From: Verrucomicrobiota bacterium
GTDB lineage: Bacteria; Verrucomicrobiota; Verrucomicrobiia; Chthoniobacterales; UBA6821
DNA length: 13,503 bases
Direction of reading: 5' to 3'
Assembly: GCA_008932965.1 (NCBI GenBank)
Contig: WBXG01000047.1
Location: 1-13,503, forward strand
Below, piece by piece: positions 1 through 7,951 of this stretch. The notes beneath the pieces are model-generated. The model ran no database searches, had not been told where the DNA came from, and saw nothing but the letters and a program-made list of their open reading frames with translations. The position numbers and the translations under genes were made by a program. Positions within the stretch are counted from its first letter, which is position 1. Each line of letters starts with the position of its first letter.

Positions 1-305
1 ACCGAGAGTATCTTCTCGGTTACTTTTGGACCCGGCTCAATCGATTCTCTTTTTACCTGAACTGCAATACTCTTGCGCTTACAGCTTGATGTCATGCCCC
101 GCATTGTTCCGAATCCAACCCTGGAACTCTTACGAATGAATTCTTCAGCAACTTCCCGATCCTTAACAATTTGGATCTCATTGCCAGTCTTGTGATTGAT
201 TACCGGAATTGCTGACCATCTCTCTTCGGTCGAGCAACCTAAGCAGGTTCGATAACCTAATTCGTATCGTGCTTTGGGAATTGGATTCGTGCACTTGCAA
301 AACAT
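1..305 (-). CDS. Partial CDS (C-terminus runs off the left edge): small C4 zinc-finger protein, TraR/DksA-like
   Basis: Not in the supplied ORF track. Manual translation from ATG (303-305, minus) gives MFCKCTNPIPKARYELGYRTCLGCSTEERWSAIPVINHKTGNEIQIVKDREVAEEF..., open for 101 codons to position 3 with no stop. The CxC-x15-CxxC pattern with IPxAR between the Cys pairs resembles the TraR/DksA C4 finger common in phages. Same strand as all neighbours. Confidence 0.45.
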   Translation of the reverse strand, partial: MFCKCTNPIPKARYELGYRTCLGCSTEERWSAIPVINHKTGNEIQIVKDREVAEEFIRKSSRVGFGTMRGMTSSCKRKSIAVQVKRESIEPGPKVTEKILS

Positions 306-340
306 AACTAGTTAGAAGATAGTCGTTACTAATTTGTTAA

Positions 341-982
341 TTACGAAACTCTTTGTATGCATAAAAAATTATCGTAATTTACCGAAGGGTGCATTTTTTG
401 AGTTATTCCTAGGTACACGTACTTAATTTTAACTGAATCGAATGAAGCTGCTAATTTAGCTAATTCCTCAATATAGATCGTTCGGACGTCCTCAATTATG
501 TAAATTCCACCAGGTTTTAGATAATCTACTAAAACTTTAAACGTTAATGCCATGTGATCTAGCTCATGACTTCCATCGTCGACGATTAAGTCGAATTTAA
601 TATTTGAGTCTTTTGCCAAAATCCCAATTTGTGAAACGGCTTCAATCAATGATGACTCATCAGACTGATCTGCGTATACACACTCGATTCGATCGTCTTG
701 GAATAATATTGACTTATCTATATCAAGCCCAAAAACACTGGCATTTTGAAAAAAATCTCTCCATGCAAATAGACTTGCACCTGGCCTAAAGTTCTCGCCG
801 ACCAATGGCACCATCAAATGAGGAGCCCCTACTCCAATCTCTAATACGTTTTTGCAGGAGTCTTTAAACTCCTTTAGCATTTCGTAATATCGATAAGAAT
901 ACGGATGGCCTATTTGTGGACATTTATCGGAATAGTACTTATGGAAAAGCTGACATAACTCTGTCTCTGGGTATAGACTCAT
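341..982 (-). CDS. Class I SAM-dependent methyltransferase (substrate unknown; resembles the sugar/small-molecule O-methyltransferase-like family)
   Basis: 213 aa. Motif I is VLEIGVGAP, followed by an acidic loop FGLDID. DLIVDDGSH and LKPGGIYIIED are typical Rossmann-fold MTase post-motifs. The N-terminal YSDK..GHPYSYRYY resembles the GxDK..HxY..Y signature of this family. Confidence 0.8.
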   Translation of the reverse strand: MSLYPETELCQLFHKYYSDKCPQIGHPYSYRYYEMLKEFKDSCKNVLEIGVGAPHLMVPLVGENFRPGASLFAWRDFFQNASVFGLDIDKSILFQDDRIECVYADQSDESSLIEAVSQIGILAKDSNIKFDLIVDDGSHELDHMALTFKVLVDYLKPGGIYIIEDVRTIYIEELAKLAASFDSVKIKYVYLGITQKMHPSVNYDNFLCIQRVS

Positions 983-992
983 TTTTATTTTA

Positions 993-2342
993 TTATTTTA
1001 GATTTTTTTTCAATGTTTGAAGGTCGTCCTTATACATATCAACCGGCTCCTTACTCTTAATAGACTCGAGTTCTGCAGTCTTGGCCTCAACCTCTTTTAG
1101 TAGGTGCTCGTACTTTTCCTTAGTTAGGGAATGAATCGGCATTGTTAGTAGATAATCGTAGGACAAGTTTCTTTTGTCGAACTTAAGTTTTTCCAAGTCC
1201 GTGACAATATCCTGTTTAGGTCGATTGCTTAGCTTGAGCTTTCCATCTATAATTAACTTAATGAATTTGGCACGGTTCGATAGAAACTCCAACTCGTCCT
1301 CGTACTTACCGATAAGATATGCCTTTCGCTTGGAATAGAAGCCTGTTCTGAAATGAACGAAGTACTCGACAAGCTCAGCTGTGCTACTGAAGATTATCAG
1401 CTTTCCACGATCATCAAGGCATGTCAAGTTCTCGGTTTCAGTCTCGATCATTTTCAAGGTCTGATCGAGCTTGCCCTTTGCAACTAGGTCAGCAAGAGTA
1501 GTCCTTGCGAACTTAAGAGTGTAGTTAACTCCATTTGCTGAATTGTCCTCGTATGAGTGAATGATTCCCCTGTCTTGAAGGGAATTAAGATGGGCTTCGT
1601 ATTTTTGAAAAGTGATTGACGGCGGAAGTTCAGAAATCTCAACTGTGGTAGTGTTCGCGATTCGATAGGCTCCACGCATGACGTATTGGTTCGAACCTTC
1701 GACCTGTGAGACTTGTCCAGAGTACTCCTTCCACCAGGGCAGCAGAGGCCCGACCTTTTTACCTGACAGAACCCTAAGGCATGCGTCTACCAAGTCAACA
1801 GGATTGCGATTGAGAATGTTTGTAGCAAAACCGACTGCAATACCAGAGCTGCCATTAAGCAAAACAGTAGGAATGATTGGCAGAAAAAACTTGGGCTCAA
1901 TTTCATTGCCCTCTTCAATTTGATTTTCAAGTAGCTCAAAGTCTTTGTAAAGGAGTCTAAAGTTCTTCGTTAGTTTCGTTGAGATGTACCTCGGCGCGCC
2001 AGCCTCAGGCGATCTAAGAGAGCCGAACTGGCCAATCTCCTCAAGTAGAGGCAATGAGTTCTTAAATGATTGCGCCATTCCAATGATTGCGCCATTGAGG
2101 CTGCCGTCACCATGATGGTAATGCGCTTCAGCTGCGATACGCCCACCTAGCTGAAATATCTTTAGAGGTTTCTCAGATCCGCTTCTCCAAACCCGATCGG
2201 CAATGAAGATTATTTTACGCTGAGTTGGCTTAAATCCATCGATTGCTGAAGGAATTGCTCTATTCTCAAGCGTATACATTCCATAAAGAGCATAGTCCTG
2301 ATCTAGGTACTCAGTTATTGTCTTATTCTGAACGTTTGCCAT
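993..2342 (-). CDS. gp52: Type II DNA topoisomerase, DNA-cleavage (GyrA/ParC-like) medium subunit, T4 gp52-like
   Basis: 449 aa, close to the size of T4 gp52. The N-terminal YALYGMYTLENRAIPSAIDGFKPTQRKIIF matches the GyrA/ParC signature (RAIPxxxDGLKPxQRRIL). GAPRYISTKL aligns with AAMRYTE, placing the catalytic Tyr at residue 119 (codon 1986-1988). Confidence 0.9.
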   Translation of the reverse strand: MANVQNKTITEYLDQDYALYGMYTLENRAIPSAIDGFKPTQRKIIFIADRVWRSGSEKPLKIFQLGGRIAAEAHYHHGDGSLNGAIIGMAQSFKNSLPLLEEIGQFGSLRSPEAGAPRYISTKLTKNFRLLYKDFELLENQIEEGNEIEPKFFLPIIPTVLLNGSSGIAVGFATNILNRNPVDLVDACLRVLSGKKVGPLLPWWKEYSGQVSQVEGSNQYVMRGAYRIANTTTVEISELPPSITFQKYEAHLNSLQDRGIIHSYEDNSANGVNYTLKFARTTLADLVAKGKLDQTLKMIETETENLTCLDDRGKLIIFSSTAELVEYFVHFRTGFYSKRKAYLIGKYEDELEFLSNRAKFIKLIIDGKLKLSNRPKQDIVTDLEKLKFDKRNLSYDYLLTMPIHSLTKEKYEHLLKEVEAKTAELESIKSKEPVDMYKDDLQTLKKNLK

Positions 2343-2358
2343 GTCTTTACTATTATAC

Positions 2359-2724
2359 CTATTTGCTCTTTAAAAAGGAATATGCTGCTTGAAAGGTCAC
2401 CAGTGTAATTGAGATAGACCAGAGTAGATTTAACTGTGAACTCCAGATTCCCATAGCAAAAGAGATTATGAAACAGAGATCAAAAAAGTGCCAGGCATCA
2501 GTAACAAAAACGAGAACAGTTGAGCTTAACGGAAACCTCTCTCTTTGCGATGTGAAAGCTCCATCTGTTTGCCACTTATTTCGCCAGCTTAGCTGATTGT
2601 CCCACCACTGGCGGTTCAGACCCCAGTCCTTAAATTTTGATGTGCTCCAACCAGTCATGATCCGGTCCTTAACCGCCTTGCTGATGCCAGCTAGCATCAG
2701 CATTAGAATTGAAAATACTATCAT
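2359..2724 (-). CDS. Small polytopic membrane protein, Trp-rich loop, unknown function
   Basis: 121 aa. Hydrophobic N-terminus (MIVFSILMLMLAGI), a W-rich loop (WGLNRQWWDNQLSWRNKW), then 2-3 further hydrophobic helices. It fills the gap between the two topoisomerase genes on the same strand. Confidence 0.6.
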   Translation of the reverse strand: MIVFSILMLMLAGISKAVKDRIMTGWSTSKFKDWGLNRQWWDNQLSWRNKWQTDGAFTSQRERFPLSSTVLVFVTDAWHFFDLCFIISFAMGIWSSQLNLLWSISITLVTFQAAYSFLKSK

Positions 2725-2786
2725 TTGAATTTGATTATTTTAATAAGTTGGCAACCATTTAAAGTAGGATCGAAAAAATTGATCCA

Positions 2787-4622
2787 TTACGCTGACAACT
2801 TTAGCAGTTTTTCCTTACGCACTGAGGAGTCGGGACCAAACCAGTCTGTCAAGCTTGTCGCGTATTGCTTATCGTTCTGCATTTTAACCAGAACAGGATT
2901 ATCAATAATTTCTCGGTACTCGGAATCTTCTAGGGCTGCCAGGCCCTTTTTATATTCGACATCCCAGCCCTTTGCGCCTGTCTTTTTTTCCCAGACAATA
3001 TAATCATCTGCCGTGTAGAACGGTAATATTTCCTTGCCTTTTTTTGCAACAACCAGAGGAGTCATGACCTTAAAGACACGACCCTCATCAAAGAGCTCTG
3101 GCCAATACTTATTGAAGAAGTTCATTAACAAACCGGCTATAGAGTCTCCATCTGGGTCGGCATCAGTATAGATGTAGACCCTGCCGTATCTCAGATCGCT
3201 CGGGGTCTCTCCAAGTCGGATTCCCAATGATGCCATCAGCTGAACAGCCTCTTCATTCTGGATCACACTAGAGTTTGTCATTTCACTCACATTGACAAAC
3301 TTACCCTTTAGTGGAAAGGCTCCGAACGTCTGCGGATTTCTGAACTTACGAACAGCCGATAACGCTGACATTCCCTCAAAGATTCCCAACACGCACTTGG
3401 CTCGATCTTTGCCCTTGGCATCAATGAGCTTAAGCACCTTTTGATTTGAGAGAGACTTATTCAGCTTTCTGAGCTCAGCTCTTTCTTCAGCCTTCTTTTT
3501 CTGCTCGATCCAATCCAATAGGCTCTCAACTACCTCCGATGCAAAAACTGCTTTAATCGTCTTTTCTGAAATTGCATGCGCTGTACCAAAGTCCTTAGGC
3601 TCGGTGATGAGCTTTTCCTTGGTTTGGGAAGAGAACGCTGGATTGATGACTGTGCAGTTAATGAAGAGAAATAGATGATTCTTTATCTCGGAAGGCTTGA
3701 CCTCAACTTTATGGCGCTTTTTGATTAGGGTTCGAAGACCCTCAATAAGCTGGTTAAGCACATAGTTCTCATGAGTACCTCCGTCCTTGGTCTCAATCGA
3801 GTTAACAAAAGAGATTGACTGGAACCCGTCCTTTGATGGACCGAACGCAATTTCCCAGTGATCTGACTTCTCTGAGATTGGATTAGGCGAATAGAGTTCA
3901 ACGTATTCTTTAAAAGTTTTAAACTTGAACTTTTCGCTATTAAAAATGATCTTAAGCTCTGGATTCGCTGCAGCAATATCAATGACACGCTTACGCATCA
4001 TCTTAACATGAGATTGATCTATTTCGGCCATACCAAATCTTTCAATATCTGGAGTATAACTAATCTCAGTAAACCCGTGATTGGATTTAGTAATCTTTGG
4101 GCTAGTCCTGCTTGACATGTTATTCGTGAAGGTTTGCACGAATCGAGTGACGCCGTCAGCAGTTTCCACAGTAAACTGTTTAGAGAAAATGTTTACAAGA
4201 CTTGCGCCCACTCCATTTGTTCCAGCAACAGTTCGACCCTCATCATCATCAAAATTGGAACCGGCTCTGAGGTTTGAAAATATTAACTCTGGGATCCAAA
4301 CCTTGTGCTCCGGATGTTGAACTACTGGTATTCCGCCATTATCCCAAACCTTTATGGAGACATCATCTACCTCTACCCGAATTGTGTTAATTTTACCGGT
4401 GCGCTTGTGTTCATCAACCGAGTTTGAAATGATCTCATCAAATAGCTTAAGAAAGCCAGGGTTGTATGTGAGCTCCTCTTTTTCGTAATTCGAATCTCCA
4501 AGAATCCATTCCTTTGCTGTGTGAGGCTTAGTAGAACCGATGTACATTCCAGGCCTTTTCAAAACGTGCTCGATTTCGTCGAGCAGCTGATACTTCTTAC
4601 TTATTTCCTTTGTTTCCGCCAT
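2787..4622 (-). CDS. gp39: Type II DNA topoisomerase, ATPase + Toprim (GyrB-like) large subunit; fused T4 gp39+gp60 equivalent
   Basis: 611 aa. GHKL ATPase motifs: LKRPGMYIGS, FDEIISNSVDE (N-box), DNGGIPV, GTNGVGASLVN. The QTKEKL transducer lysine motif is present. Toprim motifs: FEGMSA...PLKGKFVNV and YTDADPDGDSIAG. Its length matches the unsplit (T2/T6-type) form rather than the T4 39/60 split. Confidence 0.92.
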   Translation of the reverse strand: MAETKEISKKYQLLDEIEHVLKRPGMYIGSTKPHTAKEWILGDSNYEKEELTYNPGFLKLFDEIISNSVDEHKRTGKINTIRVEVDDVSIKVWDNGGIPVVQHPEHKVWIPELIFSNLRAGSNFDDDEGRTVAGTNGVGASLVNIFSKQFTVETADGVTRFVQTFTNNMSSRTSPKITKSNHGFTEISYTPDIERFGMAEIDQSHVKMMRKRVIDIAAANPELKIIFNSEKFKFKTFKEYVELYSPNPISEKSDHWEIAFGPSKDGFQSISFVNSIETKDGGTHENYVLNQLIEGLRTLIKKRHKVEVKPSEIKNHLFLFINCTVINPAFSSQTKEKLITEPKDFGTAHAISEKTIKAVFASEVVESLLDWIEQKKKAEERAELRKLNKSLSNQKVLKLIDAKGKDRAKCVLGIFEGMSALSAVRKFRNPQTFGAFPLKGKFVNVSEMTNSSVIQNEEAVQLMASLGIRLGETPSDLRYGRVYIYTDADPDGDSIAGLLMNFFNKYWPELFDEGRVFKVMTPLVVAKKGKEILPFYTADDYIVWEKKTGAKGWDVEYKKGLAALEDSEYREIIDNPVLVKMQNDKQYATSLTDWFGPDSSVRKEKLLKLSA

Positions 4623-4638
4623 TAGCGACTATTCTATT

Positions 4639-4836
4639 TTATTTCAGAAAAAGGTTTTGGCCTAATTCGATACTATTTAACGAAGTACGCTTGAGTTTCT
4701 GAGAGACGCGTACGCCAATCTGACCTCTTTGATAGAAATAGTTGTTGATTTTGACTGAAACTATCCAGGTGGAAACTGCTAACATAGCTATGAGCCCAAC
4801 CTGCCAGGCCTTTCCACTGTAATCCGGTATACTCAT
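4639..4836 (-). CDS. Hypothetical small single-pass membrane protein (tentative)
   Basis: 65 aa with one clear TM segment (AWQVGLIAMLAVSTWIVSV) followed by a basic tail. It competes with the overlapping alternative frame 4673-4879. Chosen because of the membrane-protein-like sequence. Confidence 0.35.
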   Translation of the reverse strand: MSIPDYSGKAWQVGLIAMLAVSTWIVSVKINNYFYQRGQIGVRVSQKLKRTSLNSIELGQNLFLK

Positions 4837-4882
4837 ATTGAAGATTTTTAGCTAATATACCAAAACTCGATTTTGGCAATCG

Positions 4883-5563
4883 CTACTCTCCCTTATCTGA
4901 ATTTGCGTACTTGATACCCATTATGGTACCGACTATACTGAACGCGTTGGTTAAAAGAATTCCAACGATATTACTCCATGTGGATGCAATTACTTGAGTG
5001 TCCTTACCGCTATACATTGCAAGAAGGTAGACCCCTGTTGTAATGAAGCCGACTCCAATTATGACGAATAACGAAACCTTAACTATTGTGCCGATTAATT
5101 CGCTTTGCGTTCTACGCTGCAGAATGTCGAGGTCATTTTCAACCTGCTTGCGAGCATTATCCGCAATTTCCCGAGAAGCTTCGGCCTCAAGTCTGGCAGT
5201 CTCAGCGACTTCCTTAGCAGTTTCCGCCTCAATTCTAAGTTTTTCAGATTCGTTACGGGCCTCCTGCGTCTCGTTCATTGCCTCCTGCATTCTGGCCAGA
5301 GATTGTTGTAGCTCCTGCTGATATGACTCGAGAGATTCCTTTGAATTGCTCAGATCCCGATTCTGTTGCTGAATCTGCTTTGTCATGTCGAGCCTCTTCC
5401 TGCGTGTAGCCTGATCCCTTTCGGTGCAGTTAACGATGTACTCAGAAAATTCGACATCATCTTCTGCGTCTATGACCTTTAGGATATTACCTTCTAATCC
5501 AATCTTTCGATCGTTGAACAGCTCAATGAGCTGCTTTCGCAAGGAGACATCGAACTTAAGCAT
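4883..5563 (-). CDS. Tail-anchored coiled-coil membrane protein, unknown function (last gene of the two-component cassette)
   Basis: 226 aa. A long heptad-like E/A/R/Q-rich segment (QQELQQSLARMQEAMNETQEARNESEKLRIEAETAKEVAETARLEAEASREIADNARKQVE) is followed by two C-terminal hydrophobic helices (LIGTIVKVSLFVIIGVGFITTGVYLLAMY; WSNIVGILLTNAFSIVGTIMGI). The start lies 2 nt after the receiver gene stop. Confidence 0.7.
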   Translation of the reverse strand: MLKFDVSLRKQLIELFNDRKIGLEGNILKVIDAEDDVEFSEYIVNCTERDQATRRKRLDMTKQIQQQNRDLSNSKESLESYQQELQQSLARMQEAMNETQEARNESEKLRIEAETAKEVAETARLEAEASREIADNARKQVENDLDILQRRTQSELIGTIVKVSLFVIIGVGFITTGVYLLAMYSGKDTQVIASTWSNIVGILLTNAFSIVGTIMGIKYANSDKGE

Positions 5564-5565
5564 GA

Positions 5566-5997
5566 TTATCTGTAAATCTTGAAGGGTAAAGTCCGCTTGC
5601 GATACCCATCATAATCTTTTTTAAATTCTTCAAGTCGTGGTTCAATTTCGTCGGACTTAATTATCCAGAACTGTGCTCCAGCCTGTAGAGCTTTTGTCTG
5701 CTCCTCACTCTCGTTTGAGGATGAAATTATGCCAATCACGACTCCATTTCCGTAATCGTAATTGATTCGGCGGATGAGCTCAATACCGTCAACTGAGGAG
5801 CCGATTATGTTAAGATCAACGAACACGCACTCAGGCCTACCCTTTGGATCAGTCTTCCAAGCCTGAAAGAGTCTCTCGGTCTCGTCAGTTGTTTTAAGTC
5901 CACGTAGGGAAAGCGTGATGTCGAGCAGAGAACACGCATCCTCAAATACAAGATGAAAGAGGTCCTCATCGTCAACTAGCAGCATTGAATCTATCAT
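5566..5997 (-). CDS. Stand-alone response-regulator receiver (CheY-like REC) protein, no output domain
   Basis: 143 aa. The acidic pocket LLVDDED (D9/D10), putative phospho-acceptor VFVDLN (D61, codon 5815-5817), IISSS (conserved S/T position) and WIIKSD (K114) are all present in canonical order and spacing. The ATGA overlaps the upstream kinase stop (5994-5997). Confidence 0.85.
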   Translation of the reverse strand: MIDSMLLVDDEDLFHLVFEDACSLLDITLSLRGLKTTDETERLFQAWKTDPKGRPECVFVDLNIIGSSVDGIELIRRINYDYGNGVVIGIISSSNESEEQTKALQAGAQFWIIKSDEIEPRLEEFKKDYDGYRKRTLPFKIYR

Positions 5998-7217
5998 TTG
6001 GCTTGGTTTATTTTTATTTTAAGTTTCGTGCCGAACGGTTGAAGTCGCTCGGCCTTTATTGAAAACTCATGCTCTGACAAAATTGCTAAGCAGATACTAA
6101 GACCCAATCCTTCTCCAGCATCAGGTCGATCTGCCTTGTGGGCATGTGGTTTTGAAAACTGCTCGAACTCGGATTGATTCATCCCTCGACCATTATCTTC
6201 TATAACTATATATTGACCATCGGGATAAACTTTCACCTTTTTTTCGATTGAGTCATTGTATCTCAATCCGTTACGAATTAAATTATCGATAGCTGTGCAG
6301 AACAGCGTCGAATTAATTTCTGCGCTCGGTAGATTTGGACTAATCTCAACTTGACTAGAGTATGCAGTCGTTTCCAAAAAGCCGGAAAGAGTTTCGCTTA
6401 GGTTCAGTAGTTCCTTTTGAATCTGACCCTCTCGTTTCACCATGCTAGTAAAGTCATTAACTCTATTGTAAACACGTTGCGTGTGACTTAACCCGTCCTT
6501 GATCATCTTGATGGACCCGTCAATTTTTAGCTTTTTAAGGTCATCCTCTGTTACTCGCCTTTCCAGAGAACTTATACCTCTTGGAATGTACGTGTTAATT
6601 CCTGAATGAAGGTCATGTCGAATTAGCCGTGCCGCGTACTCAAGATAGGAGCCCTTAAGCTGAATGTCTTCGTACTGATCCACTATTTTTTGATTCTGAT
6701 GTAGAATCTTTGATCTTTGCTTTAAGGCAATGAAGAAGAGAGTAATGACAACGATTAGTGAGATTAGTGCAATTACTGCCCAAATCAACCACATTTCATA
6801 AGTCTCGTTTTCTTCGGTCAGCTCACCAGTTTTAATCGATAGATCGACAACCTTTTTCTCCTTTGACAACGACGTTATCGACTGCGCCTTTGCATCAATG
6901 TATTCCTGGGAAGCATTTCTCTTTATGAGCTGGTCCTTTTCCCTAATTAATTGAGCAAGTCTGCTTTCAAGGCTAATCGCAAGGTCCTTCATTTCAGTCG
7001 GCGATAGCTCATCGTAGGTTTCAGGTAGACCTTTTAGAAAATTCTTGTCTCGCTCAATGCTCTGTTGCATTTCAGCCTTAAGAGTGTCCTCCTTTGGAGT
7101 TTCAAAAAGCTGAGATGGATCGACCCATTCAGCCTTAATCTGAGATTCAGCTGAGTCTTGCGGTGCAGCATTTACTGATAGGAGTAAGGCTAGTATTAAT
7201 AATCCAAAACGCTTCAT
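5994..7217 (-). CDS. Sensor histidine kinase with an extracytoplasmic helical/coiled-coil sensor region
   Basis: 407 aa. Signal peptide or TM1 MKRFGLLILALLLSVNAAPQ, about 120 aa of helical exported region, then a TM (WLIWAVIALISLIVVITLFFIAL). H-box LIRHDLHSGINTY (His201, codon 6615-6617), N-box NLIRNGLRYND, G1 IEDNGRGM and G2 GEGLGLSI. Confidence 0.85.
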   Translation of the reverse strand: MKRFGLLILALLLSVNAAPQDSAESQIKAEWVDPSQLFETPKEDTLKAEMQQSIERDKNFLKGLPETYDELSPTEMKDLAISLESRLAQLIREKDQLIKRNASQEYIDAKAQSITSLSKEKKVVDLSIKTGELTEENETYEMWLIWAVIALISLIVVITLFFIALKQRSKILHQNQKIVDQYEDIQLKGSYLEYAARLIRHDLHSGINTYIPRGISSLERRVTEDDLKKLKIDGSIKMIKDGLSHTQRVYNRVNDFTSMVKREGQIQKELLNLSETLSGFLETTAYSSQVEISPNLPSAEINSTLFCTAIDNLIRNGLRYNDSIEKKVKVYPDGQYIVIEDNGRGMNQSEFEQFSKPHAHKADRPDAGEGLGLSICLAILSEHEFSIKAERLQPFGTKLKIKINQAK

Positions 7218-7951
7218 TCAAGATATGGATTTTTTCTAAGAGGGCTTTGATCCTCCTTTAACGGTATCTTGTGCAAATATGGATAGATTAGAGGCCTGAT
7301 TTCCGGATTTTCAGGACTTAACCACTCCCTACTTGGGCCAAGCTGAGGCTCCCAGAACTTTTTACGATGTTGTTCGTAGCTTGAATTACCGTCTCTTCGA
7401 ATTAATGAAATGGTTCCAACGTCTTGATCGAACTGGATTTCGTACATGGTTAAGTCAATCGCCTTAACCGTTGAATCCTGCCAATCGAAGTAAACGTAAG
7501 AAGAGCCAATTGCCGCTTCGAGCATCCAGTCTTCCATCAGATGAATCTTAGCAAGAGAGGAATAAACTGAAATATTTTGATAGCCGGTGTTAACGTCTTC
7601 GCGTTTCTTGCGATCAAACGATTTAATCGTTGAGTCCATCACGAATGAAAATCTTTCAGAGTCAGCACGTCTCTGATCCCTTGATTCAGAAAGCGATTTG
7701 GTTAGGCCAGCGATCGATTCCTTTAAGTCGTTCACCTGTTTGCCAGCCTTTGATGAATTTAACTTATCTGCCCGAGCTGCCCTAAGCTGTCTTTCTTGAG
7801 AGGCCAGGGTTGAATTAATTCGACTAAACTGGGCTGAACTTAGGATTACGACAGAGTCCTCCTTAAAAATCGTACGAAGCGGATATCTGGTCTGGGCTAA
7901 AGAGTTTGCCACAAAGATCAGATTCGCAATCAAGAAAATCTTAATCTTCAT
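7214..7951 (-). CDS. Exported (signal-peptide) protein of unknown function, nested between the two kinase genes
   Basis: 245 aa. Signal peptide MKIKIFLIANLIFVANSLA/Q, a charged helical stretch, then a beta-looking C-terminal half. It overlaps the upstream kinase by 11 nt and the downstream kinase by 4 nt (ATGA). Confidence 0.7.
   Translation of the reverse strand: MKIKIFLIANLIFVANSLAQTRYPLRTIFKEDSVVILSSAQFSRINSTLASQERQLRAARADKLNSSKAGKQVNDLKESIAGLTKSLSESRDQRRADSERFSFVMDSTIKSFDRKKREDVNTGYQNISVYSSLAKIHLMEDWMLEAAIGSSYVYFDWQDSTVKAIDLTMYEIQFDQDVGTISLIRRDGNSSYEQHRKKFWEPQLGPSREWLSPENPEIRPLIYPYLHKIPLKEDQSPLRKNPYLE

Noticed and set aside
1-20. Perfect 7-bp inverted repeat ACCGAGA-gtatct-TCTCGGT at the extreme left edge.
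   Set aside because: It lies within the open reading frame of the zinc-finger ORF and is cut by the window boundary. It has no adjacent T-tract on the coding (minus) strand, so I cannot tell a terminator or regulatory hairpin from chance.
2767-2785. Hairpin GGATC-N9-GATCC just after the topoisomerase large-subunit stop, a possible terminator.
   Set aside because: The stem is only 5 bp with a 9-nt A/T loop, and no U-tract follows on the minus strand (the next bases are TACTTTAAATGG). It is too weak to call, so the genes are probably co-transcribed.
4673-4879. Alternative 68-aa ORF in the gap between the coiled-coil gene and the topoisomerase gene.
   Set aside because: It overlaps 4639-4836 in another frame and has no TM segment or motif. 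I kept the TM-containing frame as the tentative call, but the sequence alone does not settle either one.
5150-5290. Imperfect DNA repeats (ttcggcctcaagtct / ttccgcctcaattct, gcagtctcagc / gcagtttccgc) that could be taken for a repeat array.
   Set aside because: They encode the repetitive EAE(T/A)A(K/R)E heptads of the coiled-coil protein. There is no spacer-repeat regularity and the frame is uninterrupted.
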